A stretch of DNA of 64,000 nucleotides from a virus. This document shows positions 1 through 10,107 of this stretch, piece after piece. Within the stretch, counting starts at the first letter, position 1. Every line of letters starts with the position of its first letter. The notes under the pieces are model-generated. The model was not told the origin of the DNA. It saw nothing but the letters and a program-made list of their open reading frames with translations, and searched no databases. A program made the translations under genes and the position numbers. The DNA lies in the IMG/VR virus record IMGVR_UViG_3300019886_000004, positions 32,001 to 96,000 of that record; one strand, written 5' to 3'.

Positions 1-1
1 G

Positions 2-775
2 AAAATCGCTACTGATATTGAAAATTACCTCATGTGGGGTTCTGGTGGACGAGTATTTTTAGATGGTCAGGATGAAGTTATCTTGCCTGTAGGTCTATGG
101 TCTCAGATTGATGGTGGTGGATACAAACATATTTATACCCGTGACAGCTTTAATTTAGATATGTTCAGAACTGTAATTCAGAACTTTTATCATGGTAAAG
201 TTGACTATAAAGGACCTGATCCTAATCGTGTACTTTATGTTCAAACAGGTCTTGCTGGTATGTATCTTGCTAACGAAATGATTCGTAAAGAAGCAAATGC
301 ACATAGCTTGATTTATAATGGTACTGATGTTGGTGCTCTGAAAGGCGATAGACTTAATTTGTCTTTTGGTCTTTTCTATACCGAAATTATCATACCATTT
401 ATTGCTACTCTCCGTTTCATATATAATCCTGCTCTTGATAATACTGTTGTTAATAGTGTTGAAAATCCACAGATCGATGGTTTTAATCTCTCCTCGTATT
501 CTTTTATTGTATTTGACGTAGATGAACTTGGTGGAGCAGATAATATCAAATTGTTGAAGTGGTCTAGAGACAATGAACTTCACTGGAAGGTTGAAAATGG
601 TACCTGGTATCATCCTTCAACTCCTCTCTTAAATAGAGGTGGATTTGCTTCCAATGGTGATTTCTCTGGATATAAAGCTAAATTCTGGCAGAGATATCCA
701 GCACTTTGGGTTAAAGATCCTACTCGTATATTGAAACTGGTAATGAAGAATCCTATAACGGGAAATACATTATAA
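2..775 (+). CDS. Major capsid protein, crAss-like (5'-partial)
   Basis: Frame is open from base 2 (KIATDIENYLMWGSGG...). The LMWGxGG, VQTGxAG and C-terminal LWVKDPTR segments resemble crAss-like MCPs, and it is first in a crAss-type capsid/tail gene order. Confidence 0.8.
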   Translation, partial: KIATDIENYLMWGSGGRVFLDGQDEVILPVGLWSQIDGGGYKHIYTRDSFNLDMFRTVIQNFYHGKVDYKGPDPNRVLYVQTGLAGMYLANEMIRKEANAHSLIYNGTDVGALKGDRLNLSFGLFYTEIIIPFIATLRFIYNPALDNTVVNSVENPQIDGFNLSSYSFIVFDVDELGGADNIKLLKWSRDNELHWKVENGTWYHPSTPLLNRGGFASNGDFSGYKAKFWQRYPALWVKDPTRILKLVMKNPITGNTL

Positions 776-889
776 ACTGGGCACGCGCTCAACTATTAGA
801 CCATGAGGTGCAACTAGGATTTCAGTCAGAAGCTTCTAATTGCGGTGTCTCGATGATACCACTGATAGCAAATAAACCAAAAATAAACA

Positions 890-1840
890 ATGTCTACATT
901 AACTAAAACAAAAGCTATAAGCATAGAATATATGCCTGTAGAAGATGAAATGGATCTTTCCAAACCCTTGGTGGTTGGTAAAGGTCTTACTGATAGATTT
1001 ATTAGAACAGAAGATCTTGGATATAGAATGTTCTTCGGAACTAAAAGATATATGTGTGGATTGGATAAAGAAATTATCACATATGATACTTCTCTTACTG
1101 AAGAAGAAAAGAAAGCTAAGATTGAAGAAATAGATGAGATTGTTAATCGTCTTGAACAGTTCTTTGGTAAAGGTACTCTTGATCCAACAAATGGAACACA
1201 TTGGTCCAAAATTAATTTAGTTATAGATAGAAAGACAACAAACTTAGATCTTTCTAATCCTAAAAATGAACTTATATATCATTGTATTAGGGCAGGTGGT
1301 TTTAGTTTTGTATCTCCTACAATGGAAGGTGCAAGAGATGGTAAATCTCCTTTTTATATAGTAGAACCAATGGAATATGCTGAAAGTAGAATTGCCAATA
1401 AAGAAATCATAAATAAAGCGATTTCTACGCTTCAGAAACTTTACGAAGGTAAATCTTATGATGATCTGTTTTTCCTGGGTAAATATATTTTACCTGTTGA
1501 AAAAATGTATACTAGACGTAGTCCTAAAGCAATGCTTTATGAAGATCTAGATAAATATATAAATGGTGAACTAGTAAGAGGTTCTAAAATAGGTTCTGCT
1601 AAGAAATTCTTAGAAGCAACCAAGAAAAGTAAAACTGATATGGTAGTTACTTGTATGGTTAAGGATGCTGAATATATGGGTTTTATTTATTCTAATCAAG
1701 CTGGTGAACTTAAAAATAATGAAACAGGTGGAATATATGGTACTACAATTGAAAAAGTAGTTACACATCTTTTGAATCCAGCGTACGAGCATGAACTAGA
1801 AAATGTTAAAGTAAGAGTAGAAAAAAAGTGGTCTGAATAA
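890..1840 (+). CDS. Conserved crAss-like capsid-module protein downstream of MCP, function unknown
   Basis: 316-aa ORF with A-rich leader (aaataaacaATG). Assigned from position after MCP. Confidence 0.6.
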   Translation: MSTLTKTKAISIEYMPVEDEMDLSKPLVVGKGLTDRFIRTEDLGYRMFFGTKRYMCGLDKEIITYDTSLTEEEKKAKIEEIDEIVNRLEQFFGKGTLDPTNGTHWSKINLVIDRKTTNLDLSNPKNELIYHCIRAGGFSFVSPTMEGARDGKSPFYIVEPMEYAESRIANKEIINKAISTLQKLYEGKSYDDLFFLGKYILPVEKMYTRRSPKAMLYEDLDKYINGELVRGSKIGSAKKFLEATKKSKTDMVVTCMVKDAEYMGFIYSNQAGELKNNETGGIYGTTIEKVVTHLLNPAYEHELENVKVRVEKKWSE

Positions 1841-2536
1841 ATGATAGCTTCTTTGGTATTCATAAAGATAAAAGAACGTCTAAATAAACTAGATAGTGCA
1901 GACTACGATAATATAGAATGTTGGCAGGCAAGAGAGGCTTTTAATAAAGCTCAGTTAGAATGGGTAAGAAGACAAGTGCATGGTAAAAATGATACACAGG
2001 AGGGAGATGAAGAAACTAGACAAAGAGTTGATGATCTTCAAATTTTATTAACTCCAATAACTTTAGAAGTTAGACAAAATGAACTTTTCTTTGAAGCAAA
2101 ACATTTACCACTCAATTATCTTTATATAAAAAGAGCTACTCCATATATTAATCATGGAAAGTGTAAAAATAAAGTTATAACCTCTAAACTAAGAGAAGAA
2201 GCAAATGTGGATGATTATTTAGGAGATTGGTCAATGCAACCATCTTTTGAATTTGAAGAAACATTTCACACCATGATTAACAATACAATAAGAGTTTATG
2301 CAAATAATGAATTTGATGTTGAAGAACTGAGAATCATTTATTACAGAAAACCTAGAGAAATAAACTTCGGAACTTGTGTTCAAATGGATGGTTCATCAGG
2401 AGAAGAAATAGATCCAGAATTTAAAGATGATATAGTAGAACTATTGATTGATGATGCAGTTTCAATACTAGCTGGAGATATAGAAAGTCCAAATGCAATG
2501 CAAATAACAAAACAAAGAAGCGAAATTAATAATTAA
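1841..2536 (+). CDS. Putative head-tail connector (ring) protein
   Basis: 231 aa. The NKAQLEW, DDLQILL, YYRKP and ELLIDDAV pattern is typical of crAss ring proteins. Synteny supports it. Confidence 0.6.
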   Translation: MIASLVFIKIKERLNKLDSADYDNIECWQAREAFNKAQLEWVRRQVHGKNDTQEGDEETRQRVDDLQILLTPITLEVRQNELFFEAKHLPLNYLYIKRATPYINHGKCKNKVITSKLREEANVDDYLGDWSMQPSFEFEETFHTMINNTIRVYANNEFDVEELRIIYYRKPREINFGTCVQMDGSSGEEIDPEFKDDIVELLIDDAVSILAGDIESPNAMQITKQRSEINN

Positions 2537-2558
2537 TAACAATTAAACTCTCAAAAAC

Positions 2559-4502
2559 ATGAGTTTTTATCAAGAACTCCCATATCCCGTAATAATCGGT
2601 ACTGGGTCTCTTTTAACGAGTGGTGGCACTGAAAATCTAAAAGCTGGTCAAGTTGCACTAGTAGATGCTGACACTTATCAAGCTCTAAATGTAGGAGCTA
2701 CAGTAGTTGAACATCCTAGAGTACTTGTTGCTACCGGTTCTTGGCATACTGTCGATAGTCTTAGTAAATTTATAGGTGGACTTAAACAGTCTATTAAAAC
2801 TGAGTCTTTTCTCGCCAAAGATGTCCTGGAATTTCATCGTTCCAAACCCATTCCACTTACCCAAGATATTATACAGATTGGTTGGGATGGTGTAAATGCA
2901 TGCGATAGTCTCTCATTTAATTGTGGTACTTCCTACTTTTTCAAAGTAGATGTTAGTGGTGAAGACGTATTTCGTACGTATTCTCGTCCTCTGTACAGAT
3001 TTATAGAACTTAGGACTGACTGTTGTGCTGATTCTGGAGATTGTGCAACTGGTTGTAGCAATGCAACTGATCCTGGTTACTATGCTATAAAGCTTGCTAA
3101 CTTGATCAATGATGATGTAGAATTGAAATATTTTGTAAAAGCAGAAGCTGTAATTTCTAATTATTTAGCTACTACTGCCAATTATCGTAACTATAATATA
3201 CCGGTTTGTGATAATGGTGATGTTGTTGCTCTTACTACTATTCAATCTACCTATCCAACTAAAGCAATTACTAGAGTTTCTCGTTTGAATTCTACCTCAA
3301 CTTATCAGTTGCAGGATCTTATTACGAATGGTGCGCCTGCTAGTTATACTCCTACTGGCTCTATTTTATTGGCTGTTTGTGGAACCTGTCCTTCTGGATA
3401 TACTACTGTAGCTTCTAAAGATTACTACATTGTTCGCAGACCAATAGCTGGTTCTGAAAACTTTGCGGGTGGTACTTCTACTTTTGTAGGTACTGTCAAT
3501 ACAGATTATTCTGTGACTGGAAGTACTTTCTTGGGTCAAGATGGTGCTGTTGCACTTGTTCAGATTAGTGTAGCTGCTGGAACTACTGTCACTGCTCTTA
3601 AAGATGATGTAGTTATATTCAGTCATACTTTGGAAGCAAGATGTACTCCTCCTGCTAATTCCGCTATTGCTTGGGTTGCTGTTCAAGATCTTTATAAAGG
3701 TACTCGTACACAGACTTTGACATTACAGAAACCTTGTGGTACTGGTAATAGACTTACTGATGTTCAGGCATTCTATGCTAGTGATACAAGCATTGTAGCT
3801 AGTTCAATAACTGTTCTTCTAAGTGGCACATGTGCTGATACTTATCAGTTATCTCAATACAGCGATTTTGCTGTTGTTGATGATTGCTTGAGTCCTGCTC
3901 CTGTAATTTATAGTACTGTTCAATCATTTGAAGGTTTTACGTGGAGAGATGCTGCATGTGGTGCTAGTAATTTGGCTCCCGCTGCTCCGGTAAGTCCTGT
4001 ATATGCTGGTGTTAGAATACTTGGTGCATATGCTGATGTTAGATTTGGAAATTGTTCTTTCGAACCAACAGATTACTTCAGTACTCGTCCTTTGAGAATT
4101 AGAGTCTCTCAAGTTGATTCCACTGGTAATCCTTGTGATCTTGGAACAAAAGTTACCCAAATTCAATATGGTACTGTTGCTACTCAGACTGGTGAATATA
4201 TGATCCGTCAGTATCTAAAAGCAGCTTCTCTTGAAGCCTATAACGCTTGGAGTTCTGATCCTCGTATCAGGGATGTGCTCGATCAAAACATTCTTAGTTT
4301 TATCGATCGTACTAAATTGTACAATATGTATTACTTAGTATATACGATGGATAGATTTAGAGCTAACTTTGCAATTAGTCAACCTAATGATAAGTTTGAA
4401 ACTATCATAGCTTTTCCAACGGATGTGGATACCACAAACTTTGAAACACTATTTAGTGGTTTCTTCTCTCAGGTCGGTGTATATCTGAAAGATAGGAAAT
4501 AA
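2559..4502 (+). CDS. Putative auxiliary capsid / structural protein
   Basis: 647 aa, rich in Thr/Ser/Cys, followed by a strong terminator. Position matches the crAss auxiliary capsid protein (inference). Confidence 0.55.
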   Translation: MSFYQELPYPVIIGTGSLLTSGGTENLKAGQVALVDADTYQALNVGATVVEHPRVLVATGSWHTVDSLSKFIGGLKQSIKTESFLAKDVLEFHRSKPIPLTQDIIQIGWDGVNACDSLSFNCGTSYFFKVDVSGEDVFRTYSRPLYRFIELRTDCCADSGDCATGCSNATDPGYYAIKLANLINDDVELKYFVKAEAVISNYLATTANYRNYNIPVCDNGDVVALTTIQSTYPTKAITRVSRLNSTSTYQLQDLITNGAPASYTPTGSILLAVCGTCPSGYTTVASKDYYIVRRPIAGSENFAGGTSTFVGTVNTDYSVTGSTFLGQDGAVALVQISVAAGTTVTALKDDVVIFSHTLEARCTPPANSAIAWVAVQDLYKGTRTQTLTLQKPCGTGNRLTDVQAFYASDTSIVASSITVLLSGTCADTYQLSQYSDFAVVDDCLSPAPVIYSTVQSFEGFTWRDAACGASNLAPAAPVSPVYAGVRILGAYADVRFGNCSFEPTDYFSTRPLRIRVSQVDSTGNPCDLGTKVTQIQYGTVATQTGEYMIRQYLKAASLEAYNAWSSDPRIRDVLDQNILSFIDRTKLYNMYYLVYTMDRFRANFAISQPNDKFETIIAFPTDVDTTNFETLFSGFFSQVGVYLKDRK

Positions 4503-4522
4503 TAATCCTCCTTTTTATAAGT

Positions 4523-4562
4523 AAGGGATTCAGCTGGCAGATGTCTGCTGGGTCCCTTTTTA
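4523..4562 (+). terminator. Intrinsic terminator
   Basis: Stem aagggattcagc...gctgggtccctt followed by a T-run. Confidence 0.8.
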
Positions 4563-4575
4563 ATTAAACTAAAAA

Positions 4576-5121
4576 GTGGTAAGTAAATTAAATGTAGATT
4601 ATATTGATAGTAATAACCCGAAAACATTCAGGTTAATTGATGATAGTGAATATAATCCAAAAGTTACTATTAACTCACCTACATTACAAATAACTCCTCC
4701 TGGATTTAATTATCCTACTGTCTTCACTGTAGAACCATATTTTAATATGGTTTTTAATGCTTCTATATTAAATATATTAAAAGTAAAAAGCTATAAACTT
4801 TTGGCTGATTTACCAGATGGTATATATGGTATAAAATATTCTATAACTCCTAGTACAGAATTATTTGTAGAATATGATTATTTTAGAACAGTAAAACTTA
4901 GAGAAAAGTTCTCTAGAATTACTTGTGGATTATTAGATAAAAAAAGAGATTATACAGTAAATCAATTTGAAGAAATAAAACAGGAAGTACTTTGGATAGA
5001 TCAATTAATTGATGCTTCCAAGTATAAAACTGAGATATGTGGAGAACCTGAAAAAGGAATATTGCTATACAATGAAGCTAGTTTTTTACTAGATAAATAT
5101 ATAAGTTGTTTAACATGTTAA
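4576..5121 (+). CDS. Putative tail hub / structural protein
   Basis: 181 aa, GTG start, LPDGIYxIKYS Ig-like strand. Lies in the structural module. Confidence 0.5.
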   Translation: MVSKLNVDYIDSNNPKTFRLIDDSEYNPKVTINSPTLQITPPGFNYPTVFTVEPYFNMVFNASILNILKVKSYKLLADLPDGIYGIKYSITPSTELFVEYDYFRTVKLREKFSRITCGLLDKKRDYTVNQFEEIKQEVLWIDQLIDASKYKTEICGEPEKGILLYNEASFLLDKYISCLTC

Positions 5122-5363
5122 GATTTAAAAGTTATGATTTGGGTTGTCAAATAGCAAGTCTTATTTATGATAAGTTCTTAATACAATCTTATGGTGTTAA
5201 AAATTGTGATATAAATTATAAAGAGGGAGATTTAATAGAGAAAATATTAGTTAAGAAAATAACGGATAACGGAGATTTTTGTGAGAATTTTCCTAGGTGT
5301 AAAAGAGAAGAGTTCTTTTCAAAACCTCTTCGTTTACCTGATACTATTTTAAGAATCCGATAA
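5115..5363 (+). CDS. Small hypothetical structural-module protein
   Basis: In-frame ATG at 5115 preferred over the TTG at 5106. Overlaps the upstream stop. Confidence 0.5.
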   Translation: MLRFKSYDLGCQIASLIYDKFLIQSYGVKNCDINYKEGDLIEKILVKKITDNGDFCENFPRCKREEFFSKPLRLPDTILRIR

Positions 5364-5373
5364 AACCAAATTT

Positions 5374-5538
5374 ATGAATGAGTGCCCAAAATGCCAAAAC
5401 AAGATAGGATGTTCTTGTAGTGGTGGATCTCAGTTAGTGAAAGCATCCGATGGTACACAAGTTTGTAGTAAATGTATAGCTCAATACGAAGAGTATAGAG
5501 CATTACTAAATGCATCTAAATCTGTTAAAACGAATTAA
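5374..5538 (+). CDS. 54-aa Cys-rich protein (missing from the ORF track)
   Basis: Manual translation: MNECPKCQNKIGCSCSGGSQLVKASDGTQVCSKCIAQYEEYRALLNASKSVKTN*. Fills the gap between neighbouring genes. Confidence 0.7.
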   Translation: MNECPKCQNKIGCSCSGGSQLVKASDGTQVCSKCIAQYEEYRALLNASKSVKTN

Positions 5539-5543
5539 TAACT

Positions 5544-7256
5544 TTGAAAGCTAAAAATCAAAATAGAACTTGTCCAGATGTATTGTCAAATGAATGTATT
5601 GTTTGGCAGAGCGGAGATGTTCCTTTTTTACACATATATAATGGTGATCCTCTAGATATATCAGAAAAACAATTAGCAGATAGTTTAGTTTCAGTTTATG
5701 AGAAAATAGATATGTCTATTATAGACATGCATTGTATTTCTGATAACTGTGCTCAAAAAGCTAAAGATACTTCTTTACAAGCCGTTATACAGGTTTTATT
5801 TGATAATCAATGTTGTTTAACAGATTTAATTAAGTCTAGTGGTAGTAATACAGTATTAGCTACCATAAGTGTAAATATGAGGTGTTTGACAAAGTTTGAT
5901 GACTTTGGAAATACTCTTCCTCAAGATTTAAATCAATCCATACAATCACTTGTAAATCAAGTATGTCAAACTGTAGTAGATGTAACAAGTCTTAGAGGTG
6001 AAGTACAAGACATACAAAAACAGGTAGATGCTATAAATACTACACCTGTCATACCTCCTGAACCAAATATTACAACTTGCCTTACTTCTTTAAGACCCAT
6101 TAGTCAAACTGTTCCTATAGTAGCAAAAGCTGTTTGTGATATGCAAACTCTATTTGGAGCGGCCGCAGATGCTACACAAGCAATGTCTCAACAGTGTGAT
6201 AATTTAAATACTAAGTTTGCTACTGTACAAGGATGGAATACTTCTATAAGTAATTTAGCTCAATCGTTTGGAAATCTTTGGATTTTAGCTTGTGATTTAA
6301 ATACAAGGTTGACGCTTATTGAAAATAATTGCTGTAAAGTAAATTGTGATAGTATCAAATTAGGATTTGATGTTCAAGTTGATGCTAATGGAACTGGAGT
6401 ATTTCTTAAGTTTACATCAAGTGCTGGAACCTCTATACCTCCTTCTTTTGTAGATGCTGGTTCAACAGTTACATTTACAGATAAGAATAACAATTATGTT
6501 ACTTATCCATTAGTTATATCTAACAATGCTACTCAGGGTGATTTTGACCTTAGTGGTCTTGATGTAACTGATCCTATAACTATATCTGTTACAGCTATAT
6601 TAGCAGCAGATGGTTTAACTTGTGAAAAATGTATATCAAGAATGTACACTCTCGCTAACACAAGTTGTCCTGTTTGTCTAGTAACTGCTGCTGGTACTAC
6701 AGGTAATGTAACAATATCTTACACTTTGCCAGGAAATCAAAATATACAACAGTTAACATTACAAAATGGACAAACTGGATACATACAAAAAAATGCTATT
6801 ATAATAGCAATAAGTACTACAGGAGACGTAACCGCAGATTCAACTTGTATAGATCTTACTCCTCCTCCGACAGTTTGTTATCTATTCAGATGGGAACATT
6901 CAACACCATTAAATGACACCTTTGCAGATGCTCATTTCACTAATGTAATAATTGGAAATTTAAATTATACAATAGATGCACCTTATAGAAATGGTAGTCT
7001 TGCTGGTCAGGAATTATTAGCAGCCATTGGTGCAGTAGTACCTAATGGTTTAATGACACCATTGTGTAGAATTGAAGATAGTACTACCAATAGCACTATA
7101 TCTGTACAGGTACCGAAATCAATAGCAATTCCAATGATAAAAATAACTAATCCTACTAGTGATAATGATAATAAATTCTTATATCTAATTGCTGAAGTTA
7201 GTACTAATGCTGGTAGTGATTGTGGATGTAATCAATCATCAGGTGGCAATTTATAA
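5544..7256 (+). CDS. Cys-rich fibre/structural protein
   Basis: 570 aa with about 24 Cys, a coiled-coil-like middle and a beta-rich C-terminus. N-terminal CxxxxxxxCIxW motif is shared with the next gene. Confidence 0.55.
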   Translation: MKAKNQNRTCPDVLSNECIVWQSGDVPFLHIYNGDPLDISEKQLADSLVSVYEKIDMSIIDMHCISDNCAQKAKDTSLQAVIQVLFDNQCCLTDLIKSSGSNTVLATISVNMRCLTKFDDFGNTLPQDLNQSIQSLVNQVCQTVVDVTSLRGEVQDIQKQVDAINTTPVIPPEPNITTCLTSLRPISQTVPIVAKAVCDMQTLFGAAADATQAMSQQCDNLNTKFATVQGWNTSISNLAQSFGNLWILACDLNTRLTLIENNCCKVNCDSIKLGFDVQVDANGTGVFLKFTSSAGTSIPPSFVDAGSTVTFTDKNNNYVTYPLVISNNATQGDFDLSGLDVTDPITISVTAILAADGLTCEKCISRMYTLANTSCPVCLVTAAGTTGNVTISYTLPGNQNIQQLTLQNGQTGYIQKNAIIIAISTTGDVTADSTCIDLTPPPTVCYLFRWEHSTPLNDTFADAHFTNVIIGNLNYTIDAPYRNGSLAGQELLAAIGAVVPNGLMTPLCRIEDSTTNSTISVQVPKSIAIPMIKITNPTSDNDNKFLYLIAEVSTNAGSDCGCNQSSGGNL

Positions 7257-7277
7257 TAAATAATAAAATAATCAATA

Positions 7278-8675
7278 ATGGCATCTAATTGCAATAATAC
7301 AACATCTTCAAATAATAGTAATCAAACATTAGGTTGCCTTGATACATATAATACAAGTTGTATTCAGTATGATGGAGGTAATTTAATTTGCACTGATATA
7401 ACAACTGGTACATTTTTAAATGATGTTCTTTGTTCCATTAATAATCAATTGTGTACTTTAGAGGGAAATTCAGGTCTCATAAAAGTAGATGAAACAGATA
7501 CACATCCTGATACATTAATTGAAAAATTGGTAGCTGGTGCTAACATAGTTCTTACAGGTGTAGGTAGTGGCGATACTAAAAAAATAAGAATAGATGCAAT
7601 ACTAGGGGGTCAAATTGTTGATCAGTTAGTAAAAGTATCTGCTATAGATCAAACAAGTGGTTATTTAGATGATAAACTAATTGTAGGACCCTGTATGTAC
7701 ATACAGAAAGTAAATCCAGGTCTTAGTGAAAAACTACAAGTATTCATTGATTGGCAATGTGTTTTAAATCAATTAAATTTATTACCAGGATTTTGTACAT
7801 TGGTAAATAACTGTATACCAAATGCACCTACTGTGACTTGTCCATATATTTTACTTAATAATCCTAATATAAGTGGTTCTATTATAACAGCTACTTGGCT
7901 ATCTTCTGGAACTAGTTATAATGTATATGTAGATGGTAATTTGGCACCCAATATGCCAACAAATTCCCTTACATTTACTTCTGGTAATTTAGCTAATGGT
8001 TCTCATACTATTGAGGTAGTAGCATTATGTAATTCTGGAACTCCTCAAAGAGATAGCCAAACTTTCTTAGTGAATACTTCTTGTCCTGTACCAAGTCAAT
8101 TGGTTGCAATGATAAATAATGGAAGTGCTGGACTTAATTGGATACTTGATGCTAATTCTAATAATCAATCTCAAACAGTTCAGTATAAACTAAATACATC
8201 TGCTAACTACACAATAGCAGCATCTGTTAATTCAGTAACTACAACTTATACTATAAGTGGGCTTAATAAAAATTCAATTTATAACTTTCAAATTATAAAT
8301 AATTGTTCTGCTAGTGGTCCTTCACCATCTACTCCAGTTAGTGCAATTGAATTTACCTGTCCTACAGTGAATTTAACATCAACAAGTTCTACAGTTATTT
8401 ATTCCTTTGTAGGTCTTGGAGGTGATATAGATACTTATATTGTTACATTGCTAGATTCTACAGGTACAAATATAATTCAAACTAAAACAGAAACTTTACC
8501 GTTTCCTTCTACTATAACCAATACTTTTAGTGGTTTGGATTCTGTCACTGGTTATCAAATTCAAGTTACAGTAAAAGCGGCTCAATTTAATAAAGTTTGT
8601 ACTAGTCAAACAGTAACTACATCAGCAATACCAGCTTGTCCAAGTATTTCTAACTTTACGGCAACAATAAACTAA
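7278..8675 (+). CDS. Fibre/decoration protein with FN3-like domains
   Basis: Two fibre-type repeats (LIKVDETDTHPDTLIEKLVAG; LVKVSAIDQTSGYLDDKLIVG) and FN3 signatures (TISGLNKNSIYNFQI; FSGLDSVTGYQIQV). Confidence 0.7.
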   Translation: MASNCNNTTSSNNSNQTLGCLDTYNTSCIQYDGGNLICTDITTGTFLNDVLCSINNQLCTLEGNSGLIKVDETDTHPDTLIEKLVAGANIVLTGVGSGDTKKIRIDAILGGQIVDQLVKVSAIDQTSGYLDDKLIVGPCMYIQKVNPGLSEKLQVFIDWQCVLNQLNLLPGFCTLVNNCIPNAPTVTCPYILLNNPNISGSIITATWLSSGTSYNVYVDGNLAPNMPTNSLTFTSGNLANGSHTIEVVALCNSGTPQRDSQTFLVNTSCPVPSQLVAMINNGSAGLNWILDANSNNQSQTVQYKLNTSANYTIAASVNSVTTTYTISGLNKNSIYNFQIINNCSASGPSPSTPVSAIEFTCPTVNLTSTSSTVIYSFVGLGGDIDTYIVTLLDSTGTNIIQTKTETLPFPSTITNTFSGLDSVTGYQIQVTVKAAQFNKVCTSQTVTTSAIPACPSISNFTATIN

Positions 8676-8682
8676 ATAAATA

Positions 8683-9975
8683 ATGGCAACAATTAATACA
8701 TCATGGGGTCCTTGTGGATCATCTTCTGACGGTCAGTTTCTATATTATGGTAAAACAAATATAGTTACCGGAACTCCAGTAAGTGGAACAGGATGGACTC
8801 TTTTCTCCGGAGCAGCTCTTCCAAATTCAGTTAGTTCTGAATTAATAACAGGGTTAGATGATAATGTAGAATATACTCTTTATAACTATTGTCATTGTAC
8901 TACTTCTGGTAATGGACCTTTGAATACAATCGGACCTTATATAAAATATGTATGTCCAACTATACAAATAGCTCCCGCTACTTTCAATAGTGTAAGTTAT
9001 ACTTTAAATGTTCCCGCTTCAGCTAATAATACAGGAACTTGGATTCAAACAATTGCAGTTCAAGTAGTAGATAGTGGTGGAATAAATGTTTTGTATACTA
9101 ATGTTCACAATTCACCTTTTCAACCTACTATAAGTTCTAATTTTACAGGACTTAATCCCTCTACAAATTATAGTTTAAAAATAACTTATACAAATAGTAA
9201 TAATACTAGAGGAAGTGTTTGTTCTAGTTCTCCGTTTACTACAGCTGATGCATGTACCGCTCCTGTGGCAAGTGTTTCTAATATAACAGCAAATTCATTT
9301 GATGTATCATGGACTCCTTCTATTGGTGGTAGTTTTGATGTACTTTTAAATAACACACCAGTTGCAACAGGACTTACTTCTACTAATGGTGTATATACTG
9401 TAACAGGTCTTAATCCTGCTACTATTTATCAAGTTGCAATAAGAAAGAATTGTACTACAGGTGGAACAGCAGTAAGTAATACTGTAAATGTAACAACTGC
9501 TAATAGTTTAGTTACAGGAATAATGTCTATGAATGCGGTGTCTTCTTCTGGACAAAGTTCGGTATATTTACTATTTAATTTTCCTATAGCAACTCCAGCT
9601 CCGATAACTCTTTATTTTGGATTTACTCTTAACGATAATAACGTATGTAATTTCTCCAATGGTTATGATATATTCTCTTTACCTAGTGGATCACAAAATT
9701 GTCCACAAGCACCAACAGGAGATGGTAGCTATGGAGGACAGCCTAATTATCCTTTTGTAGTTAATATACCTCAAGGTATAACAACTTATAATAGTGGTAC
9801 TAATATTCATACAACTAATCCTTCACCAACTCTTCCAAATAATCCTTGGCAGAATTTACCAAACACACATTTCACAGACTTGTATGTTAAGGTAAATAGT
9901 CCTTCTGGATATGCTGCTAATTTCTCTATAACAAATGGTGCTAATATAACTGGTGTAACTATTCACAATGTATAA
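8683..9975 (+). CDS. FN3-repeat virion protein
   Basis: FN3 motifs ITGLDDNVEY, FTGLNPSTNYSLKI, SFDVSW...VTGLNPATIYQVAI. Confidence 0.75.
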   Translation: MATINTSWGPCGSSSDGQFLYYGKTNIVTGTPVSGTGWTLFSGAALPNSVSSELITGLDDNVEYTLYNYCHCTTSGNGPLNTIGPYIKYVCPTIQIAPATFNSVSYTLNVPASANNTGTWIQTIAVQVVDSGGINVLYTNVHNSPFQPTISSNFTGLNPSTNYSLKITYTNSNNTRGSVCSSSPFTTADACTAPVASVSNITANSFDVSWTPSIGGSFDVLLNNTPVATGLTSTNGVYTVTGLNPATIYQVAIRKNCTTGGTAVSNTVNVTTANSLVTGIMSMNAVSSSGQSSVYLLFNFPIATPAPITLYFGFTLNDNNVCNFSNGYDIFSLPSGSQNCPQAPTGDGSYGGQPNYPFVVNIPQGITTYNSGTNIHTTNPSPTLPNNPWQNLPNTHFTDLYVKVNSPSGYAANFSITNGANITGVTIHNV

Positions 9976-10011
9976 ATGAGCTAAGGTTTTTTTGGTTTAC
10001 CGAAGCTTACT

Positions 10012-10041
10012 AACCCGGACTTAAATGAGCCGGGTTTTTTT
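10012..10041 (+). terminator. Intrinsic terminator
   Basis: aacccgg-N11-ccgggtt followed by a T-run. Confidence 0.85.
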
Positions 10042-10056
10042 ATTGCCGAAAATAAA

Positions 10057-10088
10057 TTTGGTAAATTGCCGAAAATTACTTATCTTTG
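10057..10088 (+). promoter_or_regulatory. Bacteroidota housekeeping-type promoter
   Basis: TTTG-N20-TATCTTTG matches the -33 TTTG / -7 TAnnTTTG consensus. Confidence 0.8.
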
Positions 10089-10107
10089 TATTAGTAAAAC
10101 ACAAACT

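Noticed and set aside
776-889. tRNA, hammerhead or HDV-like/theta ribozyme after the capsid gene
   Set aside because: No cloverleaf, no complete CUGAUGA/GAAA core and no convincing HDV-like topology by eye. Kept only as an unassigned structure.
773-890. In-frame read-through fusing MCP to the next gene (same frame)
   Set aside because: TAA is followed by another in-frame stop (TAG at 797-799).
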